The notes under the pieces: model-generated
Databases searched by the model: none
What the model was told of the DNA's origin: nothing
What the model saw: the letters and a program-made list of their open reading frames with translations, nothing else
DNA from: Myxococcaceae bacterium
Lineage (GTDB): Bacteria; Myxococcota; Myxococcia; Myxococcales; Myxococcaceae
DNA length: 64,000 nt
Reading direction: 5' to 3'
Assembly: GCA_035296065.1 (NCBI GenBank)
Contig: DATHBR010000035.1
Location: forward strand, 11,278 to 75,277
Made by a program: the position numbers and the translations under genes
In this document: piece by piece, positions 40,142 to 49,552 of the stretch
Position numbering within the stretch: the first letter of the stretch is position 1
Layout of the letters: each line of letters opens with the position of its first letter

Positions 40142-41110
40142 ATGACTGTGATTCAGCGCTTGCTGTTGCTGAGCGTGTTGCTGTGCTGGGCGCCCGGGTG
40201 CAAGAACGACGGCCAGGACTCCGTTCCGGATGGAGGAATGACGGAGACTCCTGACTCGGGAGCTCCAGTCGATACAGCTCCCGATGAGGGGCCCATCTCG
40301 GCGTTCCAGTGTGAGGGGGTACCGGCTCCCGCGGATGTGTTCAGAGCCACCCGCGCTCAATGCCGGCGCCCAGGGGACGGCGGCGTTGGCATGGGCCTCA
40401 TCCAGCTGAGCGGCGATCCCACCCAATGGTTCGCGCGCCAGCAGCTCTGGCCCGCGAATGTCGTGGACGCCTACCTGAGTGTTCGCTGCGGCGAATGCGA
40501 GGTGCGCTCGGAGGAGTTCTTCATCTGTGGAGGGGCCGACCGAGGCGACGACTACCACGCTGGGGACATCACGCTCGCGACGGACGCTGGCAGCACCGCC
40601 ACGCTCGTTTACATAGAGAGGCACCCGAACGTCTATTCGAATGCTTCCGGAGCCGGTCCCTTCTTCTCAGGCGGGGAGACGCTGCGGGTCTCCGCCCCAG
40701 GCGGTCGCCACATCGCCGCTTTCTCGCATGAGATGACGCTGCCATCCCCGGTGAGCGTCACGGAGCCCACGCCGTCGTCGCTCCCCCTGCCACTGCGGCG
40801 AGGAGCGGACGTGGACGTTCGTTGGGCGGGAGCCGGGGCCGGCCACGTCATGGTGCGCCTGTCCCGGCCCCTGCCACGGGGCAGCGGCCGGGAGATCGTG
40901 TGCCGCTTCCCGGCAGACGCAGGTGCCGGAATCATTCCAGGAGATCTGCTCCGGACGTATGAGCCTGGAGAGGGCTCGCTCTTCATCTGGCGGGAGAACA
41001 CCGAGCAGATCTACCCCTCCAATTTCGAGCTGTACATCCGGACGACCCTGGGGTTGACCCGGCCTGACGGAGGCAACGGTTACTCCATGTCCGTGCAGTT
41101 GCACGACTGA
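40142..41110 (+). CDS. Hypothetical lipoprotein
   Basis: Lipobox LLCWAPGC, acidic linker, cysteine-rich mature domain. Confidence 0.7.
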   Translation: MTVIQRLLLLSVLLCWAPGCKNDGQDSVPDGGMTETPDSGAPVDTAPDEGPISAFQCEGVPAPADVFRATRAQCRRPGDGGVGMGLIQLSGDPTQWFARQQLWPANVVDAYLSVRCGECEVRSEEFFICGGADRGDDYHAGDITLATDAGSTATLVYIERHPNVYSNASGAGPFFSGGETLRVSAPGGRHIAAFSHEMTLPSPVSVTEPTPSSLPLPLRRGADVDVRWAGAGAGHVMVRLSRPLPRGSGREIVCRFPADAGAGIIPGDLLRTYEPGEGSLFIWRENTEQIYPSNFELYIRTTLGLTRPDGGNGYSMSVQLHD

Positions 41111-41130
41111 GCCACGCTTCCGAAAGACCC

Positions 41131-42966
41131 ATGACCCTTCAGCGTCTTCGTTTGCTCGCGATCTGCTTCGCCGCCGTCTGTGCCTGCCGTGAGCCCAAGG
41201 AGGACCCCGAGCCGAAGCCGCCGGAGAGCGTGCCCTTCGAAATGCTCGAGGTCCAATCCACCGGGCCCCTGGCTTCTCCCAGCCGGCCGGTGCCCTTGTG
41301 CGAGGTGCTGCCCGCCGGCCTTCCGGAAGCGCCTCTGCTGGATGTCTGGGGCGCTTCCCCCCAGGATGTCTGGGCCGCGGGGGAGGCAGGAACCCTGCTC
41401 CACTGGAACGGCAGTGAGTGGTCGCATGTCCAGAGCGGCGTGCAGGGCGCCATCCGCACCCTGTGGGGCAGTGGCTCCAACGACGTGTGGGCCGGCGGAG
41501 ATTTCCCCTTCCTGCTGCGTTGGAATGGCAGTGAGTGGACACGCTGGCAGCTGCCCGACATCACCCGGGGTGTCTCCGACATTCACGGCAGCGGGCCGAA
41601 CGACGTGTGGGCCGTCAGTGATGGCCGCACGCTGCACCATTTCAACGGCGTTTCCTGGTCGTCTCAGCCAGCGGTTGAACGGGGGGACACCGTGTGGGCC
41701 AGCCCGGAGAACCTCTGGCTGTCGGGCTTCCCAGGCTACGCGTATCACCGGACGAGCTCGAGCTGGGCGTGGTTCGAGCAGGGCCCCCTGAACGTCCGGT
41801 CCATCTGGGGCAGCGGGCCGGAGGACGTGTGGCTCGTGGGCGCCAACATCCACCGATGGCATGAGGCCTCGCTGGTGCAGGTCCCCCGCCCCGGAGCAGA
41901 GGGCTTCCTGCATGAGGTGCACGGGGCTGGGCCGAACGACGTCTGGGCCGTGGGGAGCAAGGGCCAGAGTCTGCACTGGGAGGGAACCCGCTGGGTGGAG
42001 GTGCCCACCGGCGTGAGCTGGGACCTGAACGGTGTCTGGGTGCCAGCCTCCGGCAATGCCTTCGCCGTGGGCCAGAGGGGCCTGGAGATCCTCCGCTGGG
42101 ATGGAAGCTCCTGGCGTGCGGTACCCACTCCCCTTGGCTACTTCTTCCAGGACCTGGGCATGACGGCCCAGGGGCGTGGGTGGTTGGTGGGAGAGACCGG
42201 GCGGCTGCGCCGCTTCGACGGCACCACCCCGATGAATGCCGAGAGCCCCACGAGCAACGCGCTCCGGGCGGTATGGGTTCAGAACGAGACCGAGATCTGG
42301 GCCGTGGGAGACGCCGGTACGATCCTGCGATGGGATGGAAGCGCCTGGCAGGTGGAGCAGAGCACCACCAGCCAGGTGCTCCGCGGTGTCTGGTCCGACG
42401 GCGCGGGTGAGGTCTGGGCGGTTGGGGAGGGAGGTACGCTGCTGCGCAGGGCCGGTGGGGCCTGGAGCTCCGTGCCGAGCGGCACGCAGTCCAATGTCCA
42501 CGCCCTCTGGGGAGTCAGCGCCTCGGATCTCTGGGCGGCGACGGAGAGCGAGATCCTGCATTGGGACGGAAGGACCTGGAACACCGTGGTCCAGGGTGCA
42601 CCGCCCCTGTGGTGGATTGGCGGCTCGGGAGCCAACGACGTCTGGATCGCGGGCCGCACCCCGGGCTCGCTCCTGCACTGGGATGGCTCGAGCTGGCGCC
42701 GGATGTCCCTACCCCTGGACGGACCCGCTGGCCGGCTCAACGGGCTCACGGAGCTCGCGGTGAGAGGGCCGGGTGATCTCTGGCTCGGAGCCTCTTACTT
42801 TGGCGGCGGGGAAGTCGCGAGCCAGGGGCACTCGCTGCTCCATTGGAATGGCCAGGAGTGGAACAGCGTAGCGCTGGGCAGGGACGGGGCGCGCGCGCTC
42901 ACTCTGCGCGGCGCGGAAGTGTGGCTCCTGAGATCGAATGGGAGCGTTGTCCGTACCTGCCCCTGA
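41131..42966 (+). CDS. Lipoprotein with more than 12 W-rich ~45-aa repeats (beta-propeller-like)
   Basis: Lipobox AAVCAC. Repeats of the form DVWAVG..GT[IL]L[HR]W[ND]GS.W. Confidence 0.8.
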   Translation: MTLQRLRLLAICFAAVCACREPKEDPEPKPPESVPFEMLEVQSTGPLASPSRPVPLCEVLPAGLPEAPLLDVWGASPQDVWAAGEAGTLLHWNGSEWSHVQSGVQGAIRTLWGSGSNDVWAGGDFPFLLRWNGSEWTRWQLPDITRGVSDIHGSGPNDVWAVSDGRTLHHFNGVSWSSQPAVERGDTVWASPENLWLSGFPGYAYHRTSSSWAWFEQGPLNVRSIWGSGPEDVWLVGANIHRWHEASLVQVPRPGAEGFLHEVHGAGPNDVWAVGSKGQSLHWEGTRWVEVPTGVSWDLNGVWVPASGNAFAVGQRGLEILRWDGSSWRAVPTPLGYFFQDLGMTAQGRGWLVGETGRLRRFDGTTPMNAESPTSNALRAVWVQNETEIWAVGDAGTILRWDGSAWQVEQSTTSQVLRGVWSDGAGEVWAVGEGGTLLRRAGGAWSSVPSGTQSNVHALWGVSASDLWAATESEILHWDGRTWNTVVQGAPPLWWIGGSGANDVWIAGRTPGSLLHWDGSSWRRMSLPLDGPAGRLNGLTELAVRGPGDLWLGASYFGGGEVASQGHSLLHWNGQEWNSVALGRDGARALTLRGAEVWLLRSNGSVVRTCP

Positions 42967-42967
42967 G

Positions 42968-44971
42968 TCAGAACTGGATGACGGGGGTGCCCTGGCCCGT
43001 GGAAGACAGGAAGTAGTTGAAGCGCGGAGGCTCCGTCCAGGTGAAGGGCGTCTCCGCCCTGCCCTGCGCGTCGATGTAGTCCGTCCCCGAGAGCGAGAAG
43101 GGCTTGCGGATACGGCCACAGGCGCCGTCCTGCGTGGTATCCGCGTAGTCGTTGCCCGTGGGTGGGTTCCAGCAGTTGCCCACGGCCGTGACCGACTCGC
43201 TGGAGTTTCCGTCGATCCGGAGGTTGATGGCGTTGTCCTGGAGCGTGTTGCCCCCCGGGGCTGCCACCGTACCCAGGTTCGCACCGGACATGAAGGCCCA
43301 CACCCCGGGGCCCGCGTTCCCTTGGAAGATGGAATCGCGGGCAGTGAGATAACGGGCCTTCATCCCCGCGCCCTGGTTGTGGCTCGCCACCAGGTACTCG
43401 GCGGTGACGTTCGCCACGGCGATCACGCCGCCGGCTTCAGGAGATCCGTCCCCATTGTGGATGACTTCCACGGGCCGGGTCGCCGAGCCCGTGAGCGTGA
43501 AGCGCCCGTTGCAGTGGATGCCCGCGATCCGATTGTGCGAGATGCGCACGGGGGCCTTCACCGCTCGCACAGTCACCCCTTCACACACGGAGAGGCCGTA
43601 GTCCCCCCCGGTCAGCCACACGTCCTCGACGACAGGGTAGACGGGGACACGCTGCAACTCGTCTCCCAGACGGTAGCCCGCGAAGGCCTCGAGGCCCTGC
43701 TTGTAGCCGGAGAGCTTCAGGTTACGGACCTCGCTCCCGTATATCCGGAAGGAGTGCGTTTCCGCCGTGGCTTCAAGAGTGCTCGGGTTGCCGCCGTAGA
43801 GCTCCCCCGTACCCACGAGAGTGACGGCGCGGCCCATACCCACCGAGCCAGCCCGGTGGATACCCGGAGCGAGCGTGATGGGACACCACCAGCACGAGAT
43901 TCCGAACCCACCTTCCACGCAGGGTGGGCAGGCACCCAGGGCGCGCGAGAGCGAGGCGAAGGGCCGCGGGACGGCACCCGTGCCCGTGGTGTCCGAGCCT
44001 GTAATGGGGTCCACATGGATGTTCGAGACGGTGACGGGAAACGTCGCCTCCGCCGTGGAGGTCCGCACGAGCAGCGTGGCAGGGAACACCCCCAGGGAAT
44101 GGCTCATGTACATCCTCAGATCGGCTTGGATCTCGGTGGAGGTGGCCGACAGGATGGTGACGGTGCCAAAGCCCGCCGCCACCACGGCGCGGGTATCGCT
44201 CAGGCCCGTGCCCTTCAGGGTCAAACGGTAACTCGTGCCACGGATGTACGCGGAAGGCTCGACCGAGGTGAGCTGGGGAGGGGCTTCGGGAGGAGTGATG
44301 ATCTCGCCCACCAGCTCCCCGCTGCCCGAGCGCGAGCCGGAGGTGAGCTTCAGCGCCAACGAGATGCCTCCTACCGGCCGGGGCTCGTCCACCTTCACCC
44401 GAAGGGTGAAGCCGGTGGCATCGTAGGGAACCGAGACGGGCTCGAAGGAGATCCAGGGCGGAAGCAGCCCCTCGGGCTCTACGCGGAAGCTGCCGCTGAA
44501 GCCCCCGGAGCGATCCACCTGGAAGGAGACGTCGGTCGTCCCGCCCTTCACCAGGACAGGGGTCTGCTGCTCGGTGACCACGACCATGGGCGCGCTCGCC
44601 GGGATGTCCTTCACCTGCAGGAGGATGCTGTCCGTATCGTCTCGGCTGAAGCCCCTGGCGATGACGTCCAGGGTGTAGTCCCCCACGGCCGTCTGGTCAG
44701 AGGCATGCACGTGCAGGACGCCGGAGTCCTGGTCGGCGCGCACGTTGATGGGCTCGACGCTCACCCCGTCGGGAGGGTCCCGCAGGAAGACCTGCACCGG
44801 CTGCGCAGGGCCAGAGCGGTCGATGTGAAAGGGGATCTCCGTCGAGGTGCCCCGCTGCACCGCCGGGGCGGGCACATCGACTTGAAGGGTGAAGACAGGC
44901 AGGGGGTGACCATCACACCCCAGGGCCGCGAGCAGCGACAGACACAGCAGAGGCAGAAGACGCACGTTCAA
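42968..44971 (-). CDS. Right-handed parallel beta-helix (pectate-lyase fold) lipoprotein
   Basis: Lipobox LAALGC. NxIxxN-type beta-helix coil repeats. Convergent with the previous gene with a 1-nt gap. Confidence 0.8.
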   Translation of the reverse strand: MNVRLLPLLCLSLLAALGCDGHPLPVFTLQVDVPAPAVQRGTSTEIPFHIDRSGPAQPVQVFLRDPPDGVSVEPINVRADQDSGVLHVHASDQTAVGDYTLDVIARGFSRDDTDSILLQVKDIPASAPMVVVTEQQTPVLVKGGTTDVSFQVDRSGGFSGSFRVEPEGLLPPWISFEPVSVPYDATGFTLRVKVDEPRPVGGISLALKLTSGSRSGSGELVGEIITPPEAPPQLTSVEPSAYIRGTSYRLTLKGTGLSDTRAVVAAGFGTVTILSATSTEIQADLRMYMSHSLGVFPATLLVRTSTAEATFPVTVSNIHVDPITGSDTTGTGAVPRPFASLSRALGACPPCVEGGFGISCWWCPITLAPGIHRAGSVGMGRAVTLVGTGELYGGNPSTLEATAETHSFRIYGSEVRNLKLSGYKQGLEAFAGYRLGDELQRVPVYPVVEDVWLTGGDYGLSVCEGVTVRAVKAPVRISHNRIAGIHCNGRFTLTGSATRPVEVIHNGDGSPEAGGVIAVANVTAEYLVASHNQGAGMKARYLTARDSIFQGNAGPGVWAFMSGANLGTVAAPGGNTLQDNAINLRIDGNSSESVTAVGNCWNPPTGNDYADTTQDGACGRIRKPFSLSGTDYIDAQGRAETPFTWTEPPRFNYFLSSTGQGTPVIQF

Positions 44972-45129
44972 GAAGAGGCTCCCCCTGTGCCCACCGGCCC
45001 GGTCTGGCGCACGAGGAAAGTCTCATTCTCCGCGTCTCGGACAGAACCCGCAAGGCACTGCCGCTGCGCTGTCCAGCAGGGCATATGGCAAGCTGCATCT
45101 TCCACCGCCGTGGACTGCACTGGCTCTCT

Positions 45130-47259
45130 ATGCGCATCTGTTTCGTCTCCCGGGAACTTGCCCCCTTCCATGGTGGAGGCATCGGCACCTACGTGACGCA
45201 GGCTTGCCGTGCCTTCGTCGCGGCGGGGCATGAGGTCCACGTCATCACCGCGGCGCATCCGGGCCTCGAGCGGGCGGACACGGTCCTTCCCGGTGTGCAG
45301 GTGCATGTCGCGGCGTGCAATGAAGGGCCTGGCCGGATGGGCGCAGCCCGCAATGAGCCCATGCAGCGCGCCCTTGCCGTCCACCACACGCTCGAGCGGC
45401 TCCACGCGCGCCTCCCCTTCGACTTCGTCGAGTTCCCCGAGTTCGGAGGCGAGGGTGCCTTTGCGCTCCGAGCCCAGAGGACACTGGGGCAGTTCGGCTC
45501 CGCCGTGCTCGCCGTACGGCTGCACACCCCCAGCTTCGAGCGCCGGGAGCTCAACCGTCTCTCCGCGCTGGATCTGGACGTCGCCTCCCAGGAGTACGCG
45601 GAGGAGGTGTCTCTCAGAGAGGCGCACGTCATCGTGTCTCCTACGGGCTCCCTGTTGGACCGGGTGACGCGGCGGTTGAGGCTTCAGCAACCAAGCTCGG
45701 TCATTCCCCATCCCTTCGTCGCCGAGCCCTCCGCGGCACCCCACGCGGAGCCCCCGGGCACTCGGCCGGGCCGGGCGTGCATCCTCTACTTCGGCCGCAT
45801 CGAGTACCGGAAGGGCGTCCACCTGCTCATCGAGGCGGCGCAGCGGCTGCTGGAGAAGCAGCTCGACGTGGAGGTGCGGCTCGTCGGGGACGACACCTCC
45901 ACCGGCCCCTTTGGCCAGTCCATGCGGGGGTGGCTCGAGCGCCGCATCTCCGCTTCGTGGCGCGAGCGCTTCCACTTCGAGCCGGCCCGCCCCCGCGGCG
46001 AGCTGCGCGGCCTCATCCGCGAGGCGGCCGTCTGCTGCTTCCCTGCGCTCTGGGACAACTTCCCCAACGCGTGCCTGGAGGCCATGGCGCAGGGTGCCCT
46101 CGTCGTTGGCGGCGATGCAGGGGGCATGGGGGAACTCATCGAGGACGGAAAGAGCGGGCTGCTCTTCCCTTCAGGGGATGCCGGGCAGTTGGCCCAGCGG
46201 CTGGAGCGGGCCCTGACGGATGAAGCCCTGCGGCAGAGCGTGCGCCAGGAGGCACCGCGGCGCATCAGCAGCTACTGCGCCCCCGAGCGCTTCGTCGCGG
46301 AGACCGAGGCGCTCGTGAAGCGAGTGGCCAGCTCCCGCCAGCTTCAGGAGCCGAGCCCCGCTCCCCGCCTGGGCCCGGCGGGCGCGCCAGCGGTGTCCAT
46401 CATCGTTCCGTACTACAACATGGGGCGCTACCTCCCGGAGACGCTGCGCTCGCTGAGGGCGCAGACCTTCGAGGACTATGAGATCCTCCTCGTGGATGAC
46501 GGCTCGACGGAGCCCGACAGCCAGCGCCTCCTGCGCGAGCTGGAGGGCACGCCGGGGCTGCGCATCATCCACAAGCCCAATGGCGGGCTGAGCTCGGCGC
46601 GCAACGAGGGCCTCCGCCATGCACGGGGGCGGTGGATCCTCCCGGTGGATGCGGATGACCTGCTGTCGCCCACGTTCCTTGGCAAGGCCGTGGAGGTGAT
46701 GAGCCGCTCGCCGAAGCTCGGCTACACCACGTCCCTGGTGTCCTATTTCACCGAGGATCCGGGCAAGCCGGTGGGCGGCTGGGTCCCCTGGGGCCTGGAG
46801 CGCGACGCCCTCTGCCTGGAGAACGTGGCCTCCACCTGCACCGCGCTCATGGAGCGCCGGCTCCTCGAGGAGCTCGGCGGCTATGACGAGTGGCTGACCT
46901 CCTTCGAGGACTGGGACGTCTTCTGCTCCATGGCGAAGCGCGGCTACGAGGGAATGGTCATCCCCGAGTTCCTCTTCCACTACCGCGTGCGCCTGGACTC
47001 GATGACGCGCACGGTGGCCACCCAGTCCCGTCACCCGCTCATCGCCTACCTGCTCCAGAAGCACCCGGAGCTCCCAACGGGAGCCAACCGCGCCCTGCGC
47101 ATCCAGCTCGGGGAGTTGCAGCGGCAACACGAGCGCCTGGCCCAGGCGCTGGACAAACCCCTGCGCTACCGGCTGGCGGACAAGGTGAACGATGCCGTCA
47201 AGCAGCGCCTGGGCTTCCTCCACCGTGCGCTGCGCGGCACGGTGAGGTTGGGGAAGTAG
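45130..47259 (+). CDS. Bifunctional glycosyltransferase (N-terminal GT4, C-terminal GT2)
   Basis: MRICFVSRELAPFHGGGIGTY (GT4). VSIIVPYYNMGRYLPETLRSL...VDDGSTE and ED motifs (GT2). Confidence 0.85.
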   Translation: MRICFVSRELAPFHGGGIGTYVTQACRAFVAAGHEVHVITAAHPGLERADTVLPGVQVHVAACNEGPGRMGAARNEPMQRALAVHHTLERLHARLPFDFVEFPEFGGEGAFALRAQRTLGQFGSAVLAVRLHTPSFERRELNRLSALDLDVASQEYAEEVSLREAHVIVSPTGSLLDRVTRRLRLQQPSSVIPHPFVAEPSAAPHAEPPGTRPGRACILYFGRIEYRKGVHLLIEAAQRLLEKQLDVEVRLVGDDTSTGPFGQSMRGWLERRISASWRERFHFEPARPRGELRGLIREAAVCCFPALWDNFPNACLEAMAQGALVVGGDAGGMGELIEDGKSGLLFPSGDAGQLAQRLERALTDEALRQSVRQEAPRRISSYCAPERFVAETEALVKRVASSRQLQEPSPAPRLGPAGAPAVSIIVPYYNMGRYLPETLRSLRAQTFEDYEILLVDDGSTEPDSQRLLRELEGTPGLRIIHKPNGGLSSARNEGLRHARGRWILPVDADDLLSPTFLGKAVEVMSRSPKLGYTTSLVSYFTEDPGKPVGGWVPWGLERDALCLENVASTCTALMERRLLEELGGYDEWLTSFEDWDVFCSMAKRGYEGMVIPEFLFHYRVRLDSMTRTVATQSRHPLIAYLLQKHPELPTGANRALRIQLGELQRQHERLAQALDKPLRYRLADKVNDAVKQRLGFLHRALRGTVRLGK

Positions 47260-47260
47260 C

Positions 47261-49552
47261 CTACGCGCGGCGCGCGGAGCTCATCACCTTCTTGAGGACC
47301 GTGTGTACGGCGGGCACGCGCTTGAGCGTGCTGTTCACCCGATCCACCATCGCATGGCGAAGCGGCTGATTCGGGGCCAGCTCCCCCGCCAGCGCCGTGT
47401 TGACGCGCAGCGCGACATGCTTGAGCAGCGGGTGGACGACCGGCATCCGCTTGAGCGTCGCGTTCATCATGTCGATCACCCCGTGGCGCAGCGTGCGCTC
47501 CGCGGAGTGGGACGCGGGCGCCGGGGCTGGCTCCGCGGGCCTCACCTGATTCGATGGGGGCGGGCCCAGCGTGATGAAGGTGTCCATCAAGACGGTATGG
47601 CGCAGCGGCTGCGGCAGCGAGCGATAGAGCTGGTTGACGAGCTCCAGGTGCCGACGCGGGCTCACCCCGGTGATCATGGATTGCTGACGGCGCCGGTAGT
47701 GGAATTGGATCTGGTTGGTCACCAGGAAGCGGTGCCCCGCATGGGCCAGCCGCAGGTACAGCTCCCAGTCCTCGTAGCTCGTCAGCCGCTCGTTGTAGCG
47801 CCACTGCTCGAAGAGGCTGCGGCGCATCAGCGAGGTGGCACAGGAGAACCGGTTGGCCACCAGGCCCAACGAGGGCACATCTCCCAGGAAGAGCGCGTAG
47901 TCACAGAACTGGCGCGCATCCAGCGCCTCGTCCGTCAGGAAGTAGCCCGTCGCGGGCGCCACCACGTCGAACTCCGGGTGCCGCTCCAGCGCCGCCACGG
48001 CCCGCTCGAGGAAGGCCGGAGCGATGCAGTCATCCGCGTCCAGCGGGAGCACATACTCGCCCGTGGCCGCCCGGATGCCGATGTTGCGCGACGCGGGCAG
48101 CCCCCGGTTGACCGGGTTGCGGACAAGCCGGATGGGCACCCGCTCGTCACCGGACTGCTGCTCGATGCGCGCCAGGAGCTGGTGATCAAAGGGCTCGGTC
48201 GAGGCATCGTCCACGAGGACGACCTCCACCTCGGCATGACTGCTGGCGGCCACGCTCGCCAGCGTCTCCGGGAGGTAGCGCCCCAGGTTGTAGTTGGTGA
48301 TGATCACCGAGACGCGGGGCGGACGCTGCCGGGCGGCCGGCGCGGGAGCGGCACGTGCCTCGCCCCGCTCCCAGTAGGGGGCCGCCACCTTCCAGGTGAC
48401 GGGCCGCGGAGCGGGAGTCCGCCAGGCGCGCTCCACCGCGGAGGCGAGCCCCTCGACGCTGCCGTCGAAGCCGTAGCAGTTCTCTCCGTCCACGAAGGGC
48501 GTCCCCGGCGCGAACGCGGGGCAAGCGGTGTTGAGCACCAGCGTGGCCCCGGCCGCGGAGGCCTCGTAGGCGGTGAGGTTGAGCGCCTCGTGGTCGGACG
48601 CGATGACCACGATCCCCCGCGCCATCAGCGCTTCCCGGTCCTGGCTGGGGCCGCTGAAGACGAAGCGCTCGCGCAGGTCCGCGGGCACCATCCGCTGGAG
48701 GGCCGCCGTGTACTCGGGGAACGGAGCATGGCAGGCCAGCACCGCCCGGCCTTTGTACTCGGGGTGCCGGCGCATGAAGAGCGCCACGCCGCGCACGAAC
48801 AGATCCGGCCGTTTGATCCACTGCACCTTGGTGAGGAAGAGCAGATCCCGCTCCTTCACCTCACCCACCCCGGAGGGCGCGGCAGGGCCCTCGAGCACCG
48901 GAGGGAACTCCAGGCTGACCTTGCTCAGCCATGAGTCCGGAAAGCCGTAGAAGCGCTGGTTGGCCTCGGCGATGCCCGGAATGTGGGCGATCACCCGCTC
49001 GGCATCCAGCAGCGCCTTTCGCTCCAGCTCGAAGCGCCCCAGGTGCTCGCGGCTCATCACGGGCGGCTCGAACTGGGAGATGATGCCCATGGTGGAGTGG
49101 AGCCGGACCGCCACCTCCGTCCCGGCGAACGCCAGGCCCAGGTACTTCTCCTGGAGCGTGCAGAACGCCCAGCCCCTGTAGTCGCCGAACTCGATCACGT
49201 CGAAGCGGTAACCCTCCCGCGCCAGCTCCTTCAGGCGCAGCATCAGGTCCATGGACTCCGCATGCCAACGCGAGTCGGTGAAGGCGCCAGGGGGCGGGTA
49301 GATGCCGTCCTCGTCAAGGGAGGTGCTCCACTCGGGGCGCGCCTCGGCCACGTGCAGCCGGACTCCAGGGCCGAAGTAGGCCTCGACCTTCGCCGCCTCG
49401 ATGCGCGCGTACGCGGGCACCAGCAGGTGAAACTCCACCGGCGCCTGCCGGGTGAGCGAGTCCCGGATGAGGTTATGCAGCAGCCGGCCGATACCCCCCG
49501 CCGTGAAGGGGTAGAGCTCGTCCGTGACGAGGCAGACGCGTTTGTGGCTCAT
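47261..49552 (-). CDS. Bifunctional glycosyltransferase (GT4 + GT2), paralog of 45130-47259
   Basis: VCLVTDELYPFTAGGIGRL (GT4). VSVIITNYNLGRYLPETLASV...VDDASTE (GT2). Confidence 0.85.
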   Translation of the reverse strand: MSHKRVCLVTDELYPFTAGGIGRLLHNLIRDSLTRQAPVEFHLLVPAYARIEAAKVEAYFGPGVRLHVAEARPEWSTSLDEDGIYPPPGAFTDSRWHAESMDLMLRLKELAREGYRFDVIEFGDYRGWAFCTLQEKYLGLAFAGTEVAVRLHSTMGIISQFEPPVMSREHLGRFELERKALLDAERVIAHIPGIAEANQRFYGFPDSWLSKVSLEFPPVLEGPAAPSGVGEVKERDLLFLTKVQWIKRPDLFVRGVALFMRRHPEYKGRAVLACHAPFPEYTAALQRMVPADLRERFVFSGPSQDREALMARGIVVIASDHEALNLTAYEASAAGATLVLNTACPAFAPGTPFVDGENCYGFDGSVEGLASAVERAWRTPAPRPVTWKVAAPYWERGEARAAPAPAARQRPPRVSVIITNYNLGRYLPETLASVAASSHAEVEVVLVDDASTEPFDHQLLARIEQQSGDERVPIRLVRNPVNRGLPASRNIGIRAATGEYVLPLDADDCIAPAFLERAVAALERHPEFDVVAPATGYFLTDEALDARQFCDYALFLGDVPSLGLVANRFSCATSLMRRSLFEQWRYNERLTSYEDWELYLRLAHAGHRFLVTNQIQFHYRRRQQSMITGVSPRRHLELVNQLYRSLPQPLRHTVLMDTFITLGPPPSNQVRPAEPAPAPASHSAERTLRHGVIDMMNATLKRMPVVHPLLKHVALRVNTALAGELAPNQPLRHAMVDRVNSTLKRVPAVHTVLKKVMSSARRA

